Source of the DNA: Anaerolineae bacterium
GTDB taxonomy: Bacteria > Chloroflexota > Anaerolineae > UBA1429
Direction of reading: 5' to 3'
Length of the DNA: 64,000 bases
Assembly (NCBI GenBank): GCA_963675785.1
Contig: OY776562.1
Location: forward strand, 1,664,001-1,728,000
The position numbers and the translations under genes are program-made. Below the pieces are notes generated by a model that worked only from the letters and a program-made list of their open reading frames with translations, was not told where the DNA came from and made no database searches. This document shows positions 1-9,638 of this stretch, one piece after another (position 1 is the first letter of the stretch; each line of letters begins with the position of its first letter).

Positions 1-44
1 CCCACCATAAACCTCATGATGAGAAAAGTTGAGAGATAAGATAG

Positions 45-1322
45 ATGACTAACAATTGGAAGCGCATCTTCTTTCCCATCTGGATCGGGCAAGCTTTCTC
101 GCTGTTGGGCAGCATGTTGGTGGATTTTGCCATCATCTGGTGGCTCACCGCTGATACTGGCTCTGCCACTGTGCTGGCCATCGCCACCCTCTGCGAAGTC
201 ATGCCGCGGGTCATCATCGGCCCCTTTGCCGGCGCTTTGGTCGACCGGCTCAAGCGCAAGTGGGTGATGGTGGGAGCCGATGCCGCCATCGCCGCCACCA
301 CACTGGTGTTCGCCTGGCTGTTCAGCCAGAACGCTATCACCATCTGGCATATCTATATCCTGTTGTTCATCCGAGCCACAGGCGGTCTTTTCCACGAGAA
401 CGCCATGCAAAGCGCCACCAGCTTGATGGTGCCAGAGAGTCAACTCACCCGCGTCAGCGGCTTGAATATGACCTTGCGCGGTGCCATGCGCATCGCCTCG
501 CCCATGTTGGGGGCCCTTCTCATCAGCTTGATATCTATGCAACAGGTACTGCTCATCGATGTGGGCACCGCCTTGATCGCTATCCTGCCCCTGCTGTTCG
601 TCACAGTGCCCGAACCACAAAAAACAACTGCGCATCAGCAAACTGGCGCAGGGATTATTCAGGATGTGCGCGCCGGCCTCAAATACACCTTTAGCTGGAA
701 GGGATTGGCCATCATCATGCTGGCCTCGACGGCCATCGATCTGCTGGCCATGCCGGCTCTCAATCTCATGCCCATTCTGGTGACGCAAAAACTGGGCGGC
801 GCAGCCAGCGAGCTAGCCATAGTCGAATCGGCCTTTGGCCTGGGTTATCTGCTGGGTGGCGTACTATTGGGCGTATGGGGCGGCTTTAAGAAACGTATCA
901 ACACCAGCTTGTTAGGATTGCTCTTGTCAGGCGCCGCCCTGTTGGCCATCTGGATCACTCCGGGCAGTGCCTTTGAGGTTACTGTAGGCCTCATTGCTGT
1001 GGTGGGTTTATCCCTGCCGATTGTCAACGGCCCCATGGGCGCGCTGATTCAAACCTATGTGCGACCCGAAATGCAAGGACGCGTCTTTACATTATCCGGC
1101 GCCATGTCCGGTATCGGCACGCCGCTCTCACTGCTCATTGCCGGCCCGGTGGCTGATGCCGTGGGTATCAACATCTGGTACCTCATCGGGGGTCTGGGCA
1201 TCATCGGCGTCGGCCTGATCATGGGCACACAAAAAGTCGTGCGCGAGATCGAATCCAGTGAACAGGCCAAGGACGCCCGACAGGCAATTTCTGTTGCAAG
1301 TAGCGCCAACATCACCGAATAA
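45..1322 (+). CDS. MFS transporter, DHA3/MefA-like (paralog 1)
   Basis: 425 aa, about 12 hydrophobic segments, N-terminal WIGQAFSLLGS, motif A GALVDRLKRK, C-half MQGRVF. Confidence 0.9.
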   Translation: MTNNWKRIFFPIWIGQAFSLLGSMLVDFAIIWWLTADTGSATVLAIATLCEVMPRVIIGPFAGALVDRLKRKWVMVGADAAIAATTLVFAWLFSQNAITIWHIYILLFIRATGGLFHENAMQSATSLMVPESQLTRVSGLNMTLRGAMRIASPMLGALLISLISMQQVLLIDVGTALIAILPLLFVTVPEPQKTTAHQQTGAGIIQDVRAGLKYTFSWKGLAIIMLASTAIDLLAMPALNLMPILVTQKLGGAASELAIVESAFGLGYLLGGVLLGVWGGFKKRINTSLLGLLLSGAALLAIWITPGSAFEVTVGLIAVVGLSLPIVNGPMGALIQTYVRPEMQGRVFTLSGAMSGIGTPLSLLIAGPVADAVGINIWYLIGGLGIIGVGLIMGTQKVVREIESSEQAKDARQAISVASSANITE

Positions 1323-1335
1323 CACGATAGAAAGC

Positions 1336-2616
1336 ATGCAAATGAGCGACTCGCGTGATTGGAAGCGACAATTCTTTCCGATGTGGGTTGGCCAAGCATT
1401 TTCTATGCTGGGCAGCAACCTGGTAAGTTTCGCTCTGGTGTGGTGGCTTACCGATCAAACTGGCTCTGCCACCGTGCTTACCATCGGCACACTTATCGCC
1501 ATGATCCCCAATACAGTGCTAGGGCCCCTTACAGGAGCACTAGTTGATCGTTGGAACCGCAAGACCATCATGATCGTGTCTGATAGCATGACGGCGCTGT
1601 TCACTGTGGCGCTAGCGGCAATCTTTGCCTATGGACACGTGCAGGTGTGGCACATCTTTTTGCTGAACTTTTTAAGATCCTTGGGCGGAGCTCTTCAGTG
1701 GCCTGCCATGCGTAGTTCTACCAGTTTGATGGTACCTACCAAGCACCTTACGCGCATCAATGGTATCAATCAGGCACTACAAGGCATACTTCAAGTGGCT
1801 GCCCCACCGTTGGGAGCTCTATTGATAAGCATTCTCCCCATTCAACTAATACTGCTCATCGATGTTGTCTCGGCATTTTTCGCTGTTACACCTCTCTTTT
1901 TCATAAGGGTGCCACAACCAGAGAAAAAGCAAACCGCCAGGCCTACGACCCTCTACGCAGACATCAAAGAAGCTGCGCAGTATTTATATCACTGGAAGGG
2001 CATGATGGTCCTGATATTCAGTGCCGCAGCTCTCAACTTTCTTTTAGCACCAGCTTCTGCCTTGGTACCTCTGTTAGTTACAAGGCGTTTTGGTGGCAAA
2101 GCGCTAGAGCTTGCTTGGATGAATTCGGCTTATGGTATTGGCCTGATTAGTGGCGGCCTGCTTATGGGCGCCTGGGGAGGGTTCAAACATCGCGTAAAAA
2201 CCATCGTTTTAGGTGCAGCAGGCATGGGGGCAGGTATCTGTCTTTTAGCTGTAGCCCCAGGCGCCGCTCTTTGGATGGGATTTTTGGGAATGGGGCTATC
2301 GGGTTTTATGAACCCCGTTTGCAATAGCCCATTGACAGCTCTTATGCAAAGCTCTGTCGAGCCATCGATGCAAGGGCGTGTATTTACACTGGTTGGTAGT
2401 GTGGGCAATCTGGCCACACCACTCGCTATGATCATCTCTGGTCCAGTGGCAGATGCGGTCGGTATTGACATCTGGTATTGGATAGGCGGCCTGGGCACAT
2501 TGGCACTCACTGCTGTTCTGGCTGGTAACCGGCCTCTCATGCGCTTGGAGCAAGAGGCTCAAGAGCGACAAACTCTGTTGAATGACACGAACACGCCCGA
2601 AACAGCCAATCTGTAA
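1336..2616 (+). CDS. MFS transporter, DHA3/MefA-like (paralog 2)
   Basis: Same motifs (WVGQAFSMLGS, GALVDRWNRK, MQGRVF). Start moved from 1258 to ATG 1336 (or 1342) by alignment with the paralogs and to remove overlap. Confidence 0.9.
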   Translation: MQMSDSRDWKRQFFPMWVGQAFSMLGSNLVSFALVWWLTDQTGSATVLTIGTLIAMIPNTVLGPLTGALVDRWNRKTIMIVSDSMTALFTVALAAIFAYGHVQVWHIFLLNFLRSLGGALQWPAMRSSTSLMVPTKHLTRINGINQALQGILQVAAPPLGALLISILPIQLILLIDVVSAFFAVTPLFFIRVPQPEKKQTARPTTLYADIKEAAQYLYHWKGMMVLIFSAAALNFLLAPASALVPLLVTRRFGGKALELAWMNSAYGIGLISGGLLMGAWGGFKHRVKTIVLGAAGMGAGICLLAVAPGAALWMGFLGMGLSGFMNPVCNSPLTALMQSSVEPSMQGRVFTLVGSVGNLATPLAMIISGPVADAVGIDIWYWIGGLGTLALTAVLAGNRPLMRLEQEAQERQTLLNDTNTPETANL

Positions 2617-2729
2617 AGCAACCTGGCTACTCGCGATATGGTGCCATGGCTAACATCAGCCATTTTCCGGTGTGCTGTTAGCAACAATGAATCATCTAGC
2701 AATCCATTGTAAATAAGAAAGACAAGCGA

Positions 2730-4016
2730 ATGAACAACTCGAGTGATTGGAAGCGGCAATTCTTTCCCATGTGGATCGGACAAGCCTTTTCCATGCTGGG
2801 CAGTAACCTGGTAGGTTTTGCTTTGGTGTGGTGGCTTACCGAACAGACCGGCTCGGCCACCGTGCTCACTATTGGCTCTCTTATCGCCATGATCCCCGGC
2901 ACTCTGCTAGGACCCTTTACTGGTGCACTGGTCGATCGCTGGAATCGCAAGACAGTGATGATCGTATCTGACACTATGACGGCCCTGTTCACCGTAGCGC
3001 TAGCCGCGATCTTTGCCTATGGACAAGTACAAGTTTGGCATATCTTCTTGCTCAATTTTTTGCGGTCTTTGGGTGGCGCCTTCCAATGGCCGGCCATGCG
3101 CAGTTCCACCAGTTTGATGGTGCCTACTGAACATCTGACACGCGTCAACGGTATCAACCAGGCGCTGCAAGGCATACTACAAGTAGCCGCCCCACCGTTG
3201 GGCGCGCTGCTAATGACCGTTTTACCCATTTATCAAGTCCTACTCATCGACGTGGTTACAGCCATCTTTGCCGTCGCTCCCCTCTTCTTTATACGGGTGC
3301 CACAGCCAGAGAAAAAGAAAACCGCAATGCCCACAACACTCTGGGCCGATGTCAAAGAAGCTGCGCAATATATGTACCACTGGAAAGGCATGATGATCCT
3401 GGCTTTGAGTGCTACAGCCATCAATTTCTTGCTGTCACCGGCTTTTACGCTACTTCCCCTATTAGTCACCACTCGCTTTGGTGGCGAAGCGTTGGAATTG
3501 GCCTGGATGAATTCGGCTTTTGGTGCGGGCTTGATCGCAGGCGGCCTGCTCATGGGGGCCTGGGGTGGATTCAAACATCGTGTAAAGACCATCGTTTTAG
3601 GAGCCGCCGGCATGGGGGCAGGCGTCTGCCTTTTAGCTGTTGCCCCAGGCGCTGCCCTTTGGGTAGGGCTCATGGGAATGGTGTTAGCAGGTGTGATGAA
3701 TCCTATTTGCAACAGTCCGATCACGGCCATCATGCAAAGCTCAGTTGAGCCATCAATGCAAGGACGTGTGTTCATGCTGCTAGGTAGCCTTGCCGGTCTG
3801 GCCACGCCCTTAGCCATGATTATCTCTGGCCCGGTGGCTGACGCGGTTGGTGTAGGCATCTGGTATTGGATAGGTGGCCTGGGCACACTGGCTATTACCT
3901 TTTTCATGGCGTTCAACCGTCCTCTCATGCACTTGGAGCAAGAGGCTCAGGATCGACAAAACCAGTTGAATGGCGCAAGCGTTCCAGCAGAGAGCGTCGA
4001 AACCGTTAGCCTGTAG
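2730..4016 (+). CDS. MFS transporter, DHA3/MefA-like (paralog 3)
   Basis: 428 aa, highly similar to paralog 2 along its whole length. Confidence 0.9.
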   Translation: MNNSSDWKRQFFPMWIGQAFSMLGSNLVGFALVWWLTEQTGSATVLTIGSLIAMIPGTLLGPFTGALVDRWNRKTVMIVSDTMTALFTVALAAIFAYGQVQVWHIFLLNFLRSLGGAFQWPAMRSSTSLMVPTEHLTRVNGINQALQGILQVAAPPLGALLMTVLPIYQVLLIDVVTAIFAVAPLFFIRVPQPEKKKTAMPTTLWADVKEAAQYMYHWKGMMILALSATAINFLLSPAFTLLPLLVTTRFGGEALELAWMNSAFGAGLIAGGLLMGAWGGFKHRVKTIVLGAAGMGAGVCLLAVAPGAALWVGLMGMVLAGVMNPICNSPITAIMQSSVEPSMQGRVFMLLGSLAGLATPLAMIISGPVADAVGVGIWYWIGGLGTLAITFFMAFNRPLMHLEQEAQDRQNQLNGASVPAESVETVSL

Positions 4017-4031
4017 CCGGACAAGCGGTAC

Positions 4032-4070
4032 AAAAAAGCGGGGCGATCTAAACGATCGTCCCGCTTACTT
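4032..4070. terminator. Intrinsic terminator between convergent genes
   Basis: AAGCGGGGCGATC-loop-GATCGTCCCGCTT stem with A-tract on the left. Confidence 0.75.
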
Positions 4071-4074
4071 ACTA

Positions 4075-5601
4075 CTAGGCTCCAGCGATGCGGGGCATAC
4101 GGGTAGGTTCACGGCGCAGTTCAGCTTGCAGGAAAGCGAACATCAGCTGACTCTTGACCTCGGCATAGTCGGGATCAGCCCAGCGATTGTGCAACTCGTG
4201 GGGGTCTTCCTGTAGATCGAACAGCTCGCCATAGGCATGATCGCGATAAAGGGTGAGCTTGAAGCGGTCGTTCACATAGGTGCGCAGGTGCACCAGCGTG
4301 GGCTCGTGGCGGTTCTCGATAACCACATCATGGCGGATGGGCTCGCCACTCTCCCAGGTATCCACCTGGCTGAGGCCCTGCATATAGCCAGGTACCTCAA
4401 TACCAGCCGCCTGCAAAAAGGTGGGGCAATAGTCGATCTGGCTCTGCATCGCGTTGCTGACCGTGCCCGCAGGGATGTGACCGGGCCAGCGTGCGGCCAT
4501 AGGAATGCGCACCATATCCTCATAATGGAAGGCGCCCTTGGCCACCAGGCCATGCTGCCCCAGAAAATGGCCGTGATCGGTGCTAAACACCACCAGGGTG
4601 TTATCGGCGATGCCCAGGCGATCTAGAGCGTCGAGGATGCGACCGATGCGGTCGTCCATGAGACTGATCATGCCGTAATAGACAGCCATCGACTCACGCA
4701 GTTCGGCCTCGCCCATACAATGCGAGTGAAAGCCGTGGGGGCCATAGGTCTCATGATACATGCTGAAATCAGGATGCTCTTCTTGCGTCTTGGCAAAATG
4801 AGGCGGCATATCGTCCAGCTCGCCGGGCTCTAGCCGACCAGGTTGCATGTCCTCCATATCGTACATGGAAGCCCAGGGCTCTGAGACAATATAGGGCGGA
4901 TGGGGATCCTGAAAGGACGACCACAGGAAAAAGGGCTTGTCGGCCTCAACCGAACGCTCTATGGCGGCAATGCTGCGTTCGGCCGTCCAGGTGGAATAAT
5001 GCTGCTCTTCAGGCAGATTCCAATGTTTTTCGCCGCCGCGCCAATACATGCCGGTGCCGTCTACCTTGCGCGGCCAGGGCTGGAAATAGTCCTTCCAATC
5101 AGGCAGGCCCTGCTCTTCCAGCCAGATGCCGTAATGCTGACCGGCGTGAGACTCATCACCGTGGTTACGGGCGATCTCGACATGCTGAAAGCCGTACCAG
5201 GGGCCGTGAAAGCCGCGCCAAAAGCCAAGATCGCGCATGACCGGCTGGCATTCCAGCGACAGGCTGCCTGGCTGAGAGCTGAGCGGCTGAAAATGGGCCT
5301 TGCCGATGAGGGTGGTGTCATAGCCGTGAGCATTGAATATGTCGCCCACAAAAGGTACGTCCTCCGGCAGTTTGACCCCGATGGTCCAACAGTTATGCCA
5401 GGCGGGGTACAGGCCGGTGATAATGGTGGAACGCGAGGGCGAACAGACCGGATTGACGCAATAAGCGCGATCAAAACGGACGCCCTCGTTGCTGATGCGG
5501 TCAATATTGGGCGTTTGAATGCGCGGATTGACGCTGCCCAGGGTATTCCAATGCTGCTGGTCCGAGGTGATGAGCAGAATATTGGGTCGATCAGACGGCA
5601 T
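4075..5601 (-). CDS. Sulfatase-like hydrolase (Cys-type, formylglycine-dependent family)
   Basis: RPNILLITSDQ, CSPSRS (CxPxR), GKAH, DPHPPY, STDHG, ELFDLQEDPHE; start set at MPSDRPN (5601). Confidence 0.9.
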   Translation of the reverse strand: MPSDRPNILLITSDQQHWNTLGSVNPRIQTPNIDRISNEGVRFDRAYCVNPVCSPSRSTIITGLYPAWHNCWTIGVKLPEDVPFVGDIFNAHGYDTTLIGKAHFQPLSSQPGSLSLECQPVMRDLGFWRGFHGPWYGFQHVEIARNHGDESHAGQHYGIWLEEQGLPDWKDYFQPWPRKVDGTGMYWRGGEKHWNLPEEQHYSTWTAERSIAAIERSVEADKPFFLWSSFQDPHPPYIVSEPWASMYDMEDMQPGRLEPGELDDMPPHFAKTQEEHPDFSMYHETYGPHGFHSHCMGEAELRESMAVYYGMISLMDDRIGRILDALDRLGIADNTLVVFSTDHGHFLGQHGLVAKGAFHYEDMVRIPMAARWPGHIPAGTVSNAMQSQIDYCPTFLQAAGIEVPGYMQGLSQVDTWESGEPIRHDVVIENRHEPTLVHLRTYVNDRFKLTLYRDHAYGELFDLQEDPHELHNRWADPDYAEVKSQLMFAFLQAELRREPTRMPRIAGA

Positions 5602-6820
5602 GTGCCGCTCCTTTCGCGCCGCGGAGGCCGAGCAGCCCCACACAAAGGGCAGCCAGCGCCCAAAAGGCAAAGACGGCGGGCCAGCCCAGAGTAGACTGCA
5701 ACATACCTACAATAATGGCACTGAGACCACCGCCCACATATGAAATAAAATCAAAGGTGCCAGCAGCAGCCGAGGTGTTGCCCTGTCCGCTAAGGCTGAG
5801 GGGCACCGAGGTCACCAACATGGCATTCACGCCGTGGGCGCCCAAGGCCATGAGCGCCAGCAGAGCAAAGGTAGCGACGATGGGCAATCCGGCGGGCAAA
5901 GCATACAACAGAACAGAGCCGATGACCACCAACCCCGCGCCGATAGCCGTGGTACGACCCTCGCCATAGCGGGTGGTGAGGATGCCGCCCAGGGCGGCGC
6001 CGGCGGCGCCAGCCAGAGGAATCACTGTGCCCGAAAGCGCGGCGGTGGTGATGTCCAGGCCCTTGACCTGCACCAAAAAGGTGGGCCCCCACAGGTTCAT
6101 GCCCTCTTTGATCATGCCGCTGGCCGCACTAGCCAACAGCGCCCAACGGAGTGAAGGTTGGCGCAGGATATTCCCTATACTAGCCGTGAGTCCGCTGAGA
6201 TGCAGGCGCTGGCGAAGCGGCACATGAACCGTAGTTGGAGCATCGGGCGGATTATCACGGATCAGTAGGAACCAGGACAGCGAGAGCACCAAGAGAACCG
6301 CAGAGGGGCCGAAAAAGGCAGAACGCCAGCTATGGTGGGCCACCAGCAGCCCCGCCGCGGCCCAGGCCAGGGCCTGCCCCACTACATAGCAGGGCGAAAA
6401 GATAGCCGTGATGCGGCCACGTTCCTCAGGAGGAAACCAACGCGAAAGCAAGCCCACCATGGGGCCCCAAGCGCTGGACTGAGCCAGGCCGTTGAGAGCC
6501 CAGATGAACAACATCAACGGGAACCAGAAGGTCAGGCCGAAAAGCAGGTTGAGCAGCGCCGAGGCAGCGATGCCCAAAGCCACAAAACGCTGGGCCGAAA
6601 GACGGTCGCCGAGGTAGCCATTGACCACCTGGCCACCGGCGTACACCCAGTAATAGGCGGTGCCCAACAAACCAGCCAGGGCTGCGCTCCAGCCCATGTC
6701 ATCCTGCAAAAGAGGTAGAGCCACAGAGATGTTGACACGCCCCATATAGAGGAGAGAGTAGGTAATCCAGCAGATTGCCAGAATGCGCCACTTGTTCCTG
6801 GCCGCGAAAGCTTTAGGCAT
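5591..6820 (-). CDS. MFS transporter, OPA (GlpT/UhpT-like) family
   Basis: YMGRVNIS, GQVVNGYLGDR, WALNGLAQSSAW, WFPPEERG. Confidence 0.85.
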   Translation of the reverse strand: MPKAFAARNKWRILAICWITYSLLYMGRVNISVALPLLQDDMGWSAALAGLLGTAYYWVYAGGQVVNGYLGDRLSAQRFVALGIAASALLNLLFGLTFWFPLMLFIWALNGLAQSSAWGPMVGLLSRWFPPEERGRITAIFSPCYVVGQALAWAAAGLLVAHHSWRSAFFGPSAVLLVLSLSWFLLIRDNPPDAPTTVHVPLRQRLHLSGLTASIGNILRQPSLRWALLASAASGMIKEGMNLWGPTFLVQVKGLDITTAALSGTVIPLAGAAGAALGGILTTRYGEGRTTAIGAGLVVIGSVLLYALPAGLPIVATFALLALMALGAHGVNAMLVTSVPLSLSGQGNTSAAAGTFDFISYVGGGLSAIIVGMLQSTLGWPAVFAFWALAALCVGLLGLRGAKGAAHAV

Positions 6821-7607
6821 GGGCCGAGATCAACTCCTCGTAAGGCCAGCCCACGGCCAGGCTGCGGCGCAGACTGTCGATGAGGTGATAGCCAAAGGGG
6901 CCAAGTTCGGTGCGAATTTCGTCGTTGGTGAGACCCTGGGCTATAGCTGCACGAATGGCCGGCAGGTTGCGCTCCAGATCATCATTTTGAACACGTAGGC
7001 GAGCAACATCGGCCCAACGGGTGAACTCTCCAGCGCGAACGACCTCGGCTAGGTCGTGCTCGGTGCGCACAGTATCGGGCACATCGAGTGCATAGAGGCC
7101 CACATGATGAACGATGTGCGCGTCAGAGGCAGCCGTCATGGGCAGGCCAAATTTTTCCGCCAGAGCCACCGCTTTGGGGTGGGCGTGGCGAATGACATTG
7201 TTGGAGTAGACCTCGATAGCGTCCACTGGCGTATTCTGCAGCGTTTGCAGGGGCACCTTGGGGCCATAGCGATAGGGGTGGGCCAGGATGGCCACGCCAC
7301 CCCGCCCCTGTATGGTGGTGATGATCTCGCCAGCCGGACGGGGTTCGCCCAATGGCTCAAAATCATCCACACCAAAAGTGACATAGTGATCGCCCACGTC
7401 GGCGGTAAACTCGGCGCCGCGCAAGATGAGGAATTCAGGGTAGCGTGTGCGCAGCTCATCCAGCTCGGTCACAGGCCAGGGAATATTGTGTTCGGTGATC
7501 ACCAGGCCATCTAGCCCATAGCTAATGGCTGCTTTGATCATATCGTCCGGGTCGGATTTACCGCACTCGGAATAACGCGTGGTATGTACATGTATATCAA
7601 TGAGCAT
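6813..7607 (-). CDS. PHP-domain phosphoesterase
   Basis: IDIHVHT, ITEHN, GAE, AHPYR, ASDAH metal-ligand motifs. Confidence 0.9.
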   Translation of the reverse strand: MLIDIHVHTTRYSECGKSDPDDMIKAAISYGLDGLVITEHNIPWPVTELDELRTRYPEFLILRGAEFTADVGDHYVTFGVDDFEPLGEPRPAGEIITTIQGRGGVAILAHPYRYGPKVPLQTLQNTPVDAIEVYSNNVIRHAHPKAVALAEKFGLPMTAASDAHIVHHVGLYALDVPDTVRTEHDLAEVVRAGEFTRWADVARLRVQNDDLERNLPAIRAAIAQGLTNDEIRTELGPFGYHLIDSLRRSLAVGWPYEELISAHA

Positions 7608-7731
7608 CGCGAATACAGGCTCCTTGCAATAGTAGCATCCTGCCGCTCAAACGGCATGTCGTGCAGGCACAACAGCCCCCATAGTAATCAGTTCAAGCAG
7701 CCAGGTCAATGTATCAAAATCGAGCAAAAGC

Positions 7732-7760
7732 TTGACGAAGCCGACAGTGCGTTCTACTCT
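7732..7760 (+). promoter_or_regulatory. Sigma70-type promoter
   Basis: TTGACG-17 nt-TACTCT, followed by AGGAGG RBS before ATG 7787. Confidence 0.6.
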
Positions 7761-7786
7761 AGGGCAATTATTAGGAGGTGAACTAG

Positions 7787-8986
7787 ATGATCGAAAAAAT
7801 CAATCCCCAAGCTGTAGGGTTTTCTGCGCAGCGGCTGAGCCGTTTGGACACCGTGATGCACCGCTATGTGGACGAGAACAAGTTGGCGGGCGCCATGACT
7901 GTGGTAGCGCGCAAGGGCCGCATCGCCCATTGGGATACCTATGGCATGGCCGACTTGGAAGCGGGTTTGCCACTGCAGCAAGACACCATTTTCCGCATCT
8001 ACTCTATGAGCAAAGCCCTGACTACCACAGCCTTGTTGACCCTGCTGGAAGAGGGGCGCCTGCTGCTCAACGATCCCGTCTCACGTTACATCCCGGGATT
8101 CAACCAGATGAAAGTGGTGTCCGGCGGCACACCCGAGGCCCCCAAGCTGGTCGAGCAGGAACGTGAAGCAACCATCGCCAACCTACTAACCCACACCTCG
8201 GGGCTGCTGTACGGCCGAACCGGTAAGGATGCGGCCTCCAAGCTGCAATACGAGGCCATCAACAAGCTGTACATGGAAAAGAAGCAATTCACGCTGTCCA
8301 ATTGGATGGATGCCGTGCTGACCACGCCGCTGGCCTTCCAGCCAGGCACGGCCTTTGCCTATGGTACTTCTATCGACGTGGTGGGCCGCATCATCGAGGT
8401 CGTCTCGGGCAAAACGCTGGACGTATTCATGCAAGAGCGCGTCTTTGAGCCGCTGGGTATGGTGGATACCGCCTTTAGCGTGCCTGAGGACAAGGTAGCG
8501 CGCTTTGCCGCCAACTATAGCCCGCGGCAAGAGGGCGAAGGGCTGATCTGCATCGATCACCCCAAAGAGAGCCACTTTCGCGAACCGGTGAGCTTTTTCG
8601 AGGGCGGCGGCGGACTGGTCTCCACAGCCATGGACTATTTGCGGTTCTGCCAGGCCATCCTCAACGGCGGCGAACTCGAGGGCCAGCGCGTGCTGGGCTC
8701 GCGCACAGTAGAGCTAATGGAAAGCAACCACATGCCCGAGGGCCTTTGGGGAGATAATCGCCCCGGCATGGGCTGGGGGCTGAGTTGGTCCATCTATATG
8801 GACCCCGGCCGGCTGCACGAGCTGGTTTCGCCGGGCACCTGCCGCTGGGGCGGCGCGGCCAGCACCGAGTTCTGGATCGATCCGCGCGAAGAGGTCATCG
8901 GCTTGGTGATGACCCAATTGATGCCTTCAGGCACCTACCCCCTGCTGCAGCAGGCTATGACCACGGTGTACCAGGCGCTAGAATAG
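7787..8986 (+). CDS. Serine hydrolase, beta-lactamase/class C-like esterase family
   Basis: FRIYSMSK (SxxK), LLTHTSG, PGTAFAYG, GGGGLVST, WGGAA; no signal peptide. Confidence 0.9.
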   Translation: MIEKINPQAVGFSAQRLSRLDTVMHRYVDENKLAGAMTVVARKGRIAHWDTYGMADLEAGLPLQQDTIFRIYSMSKALTTTALLTLLEEGRLLLNDPVSRYIPGFNQMKVVSGGTPEAPKLVEQEREATIANLLTHTSGLLYGRTGKDAASKLQYEAINKLYMEKKQFTLSNWMDAVLTTPLAFQPGTAFAYGTSIDVVGRIIEVVSGKTLDVFMQERVFEPLGMVDTAFSVPEDKVARFAANYSPRQEGEGLICIDHPKESHFREPVSFFEGGGGLVSTAMDYLRFCQAILNGGELEGQRVLGSRTVELMESNHMPEGLWGDNRPGMGWGLSWSIYMDPGRLHELVSPGTCRWGGAASTEFWIDPREEVIGLVMTQLMPSGTYPLLQQAMTTVYQALE

Positions 8987-8991
8987 ACAAC

Positions 8992-9030
8992 AAGCCCGGG
9001 ACACACGCTCCGGGCTTGTTCTTTTGGAGA
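8992..9030 (+). repeat. Palindromic terminator-like repeat, copy 1
   Basis: AAGCCCGGGACACACGCTCCGGGCTTGTTCTTTT; 22/25 nt identical to 13058-13082. Confidence 0.75.
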
Positions 9031-9034
9031 ATTG

Positions 9035-9574
9035 ATGAAACTATTGCACCCCATCGAGACTGAACGGCTGATCATCCGCCGCTTTGTGCCCGAAGATTGG
9101 CAGGACCTATACGCGTATCTCTCGGATGAGCGCGTGGTGCGCTATGAGCGCTATGGTCCCTTTAGCCGTGAGGCCGCCCAACGAGAGGCCGCCCGTCGGG
9201 CCGAAAGCGACGAATTCCTGGCCGTGTGCCTCAAAGAGTCGGGTAAGCTGATCGGCAACCTTTACCTGGGCGTGCGCGAATACGAGACGCTGGAGCTGGG
9301 GTATGTGTTCAACGCCGCCTATTGGCATCAGGGATATGCCACTGAGAGCGCCAGGGCCGCCATGGATTATGCTTTTACCACCGGCGCCGCTCGGCGCATT
9401 GTGGCCATGTGTAATCCCGAGAACGCCGCCTCATGGCACTTGATGGAACGGCTGCACATGCGCCGCGAGGGCCATTTGCGGCAGAATATCTATTTCGAGG
9501 TGGACGAGAACCAGCAGCCCATTTGGATCGATACGTTCATCTATGCGGTGTTGGCTTCAGAGTGGGGGAAGTGA
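9035..9574 (+). CDS. GNAT N-acetyltransferase, RimJ/RimL family
   Basis: IETERLIIR, ELGY, YWHQGYATE, NAASWHLMERL. Confidence 0.9.
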   Translation: MKLLHPIETERLIIRRFVPEDWQDLYAYLSDERVVRYERYGPFSREAAQREAARRAESDEFLAVCLKESGKLIGNLYLGVREYETLELGYVFNAAYWHQGYATESARAAMDYAFTTGAARRIVAMCNPENAASWHLMERLHMRREGHLRQNIYFEVDENQQPIWIDTFIYAVLASEWGK

Positions 9575-9638
9575 AAGAAAGAGAATAAAAAGAACAAATG
9601 ACTTGGGGAGACAGCGCCATCAAACCACAAGCAATGGC

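Noticed and set aside
45-4016. Assigning mefA macrolide resistance
   Set aside because: Family-level resemblance only; no msr partner or leader peptide; substrate cannot be inferred.
7787-8986. Beta-lactam resistance gene
   Set aside because: No signal peptide, and WGG in place of KTG points to a cytoplasmic family VIII esterase-like hydrolase.
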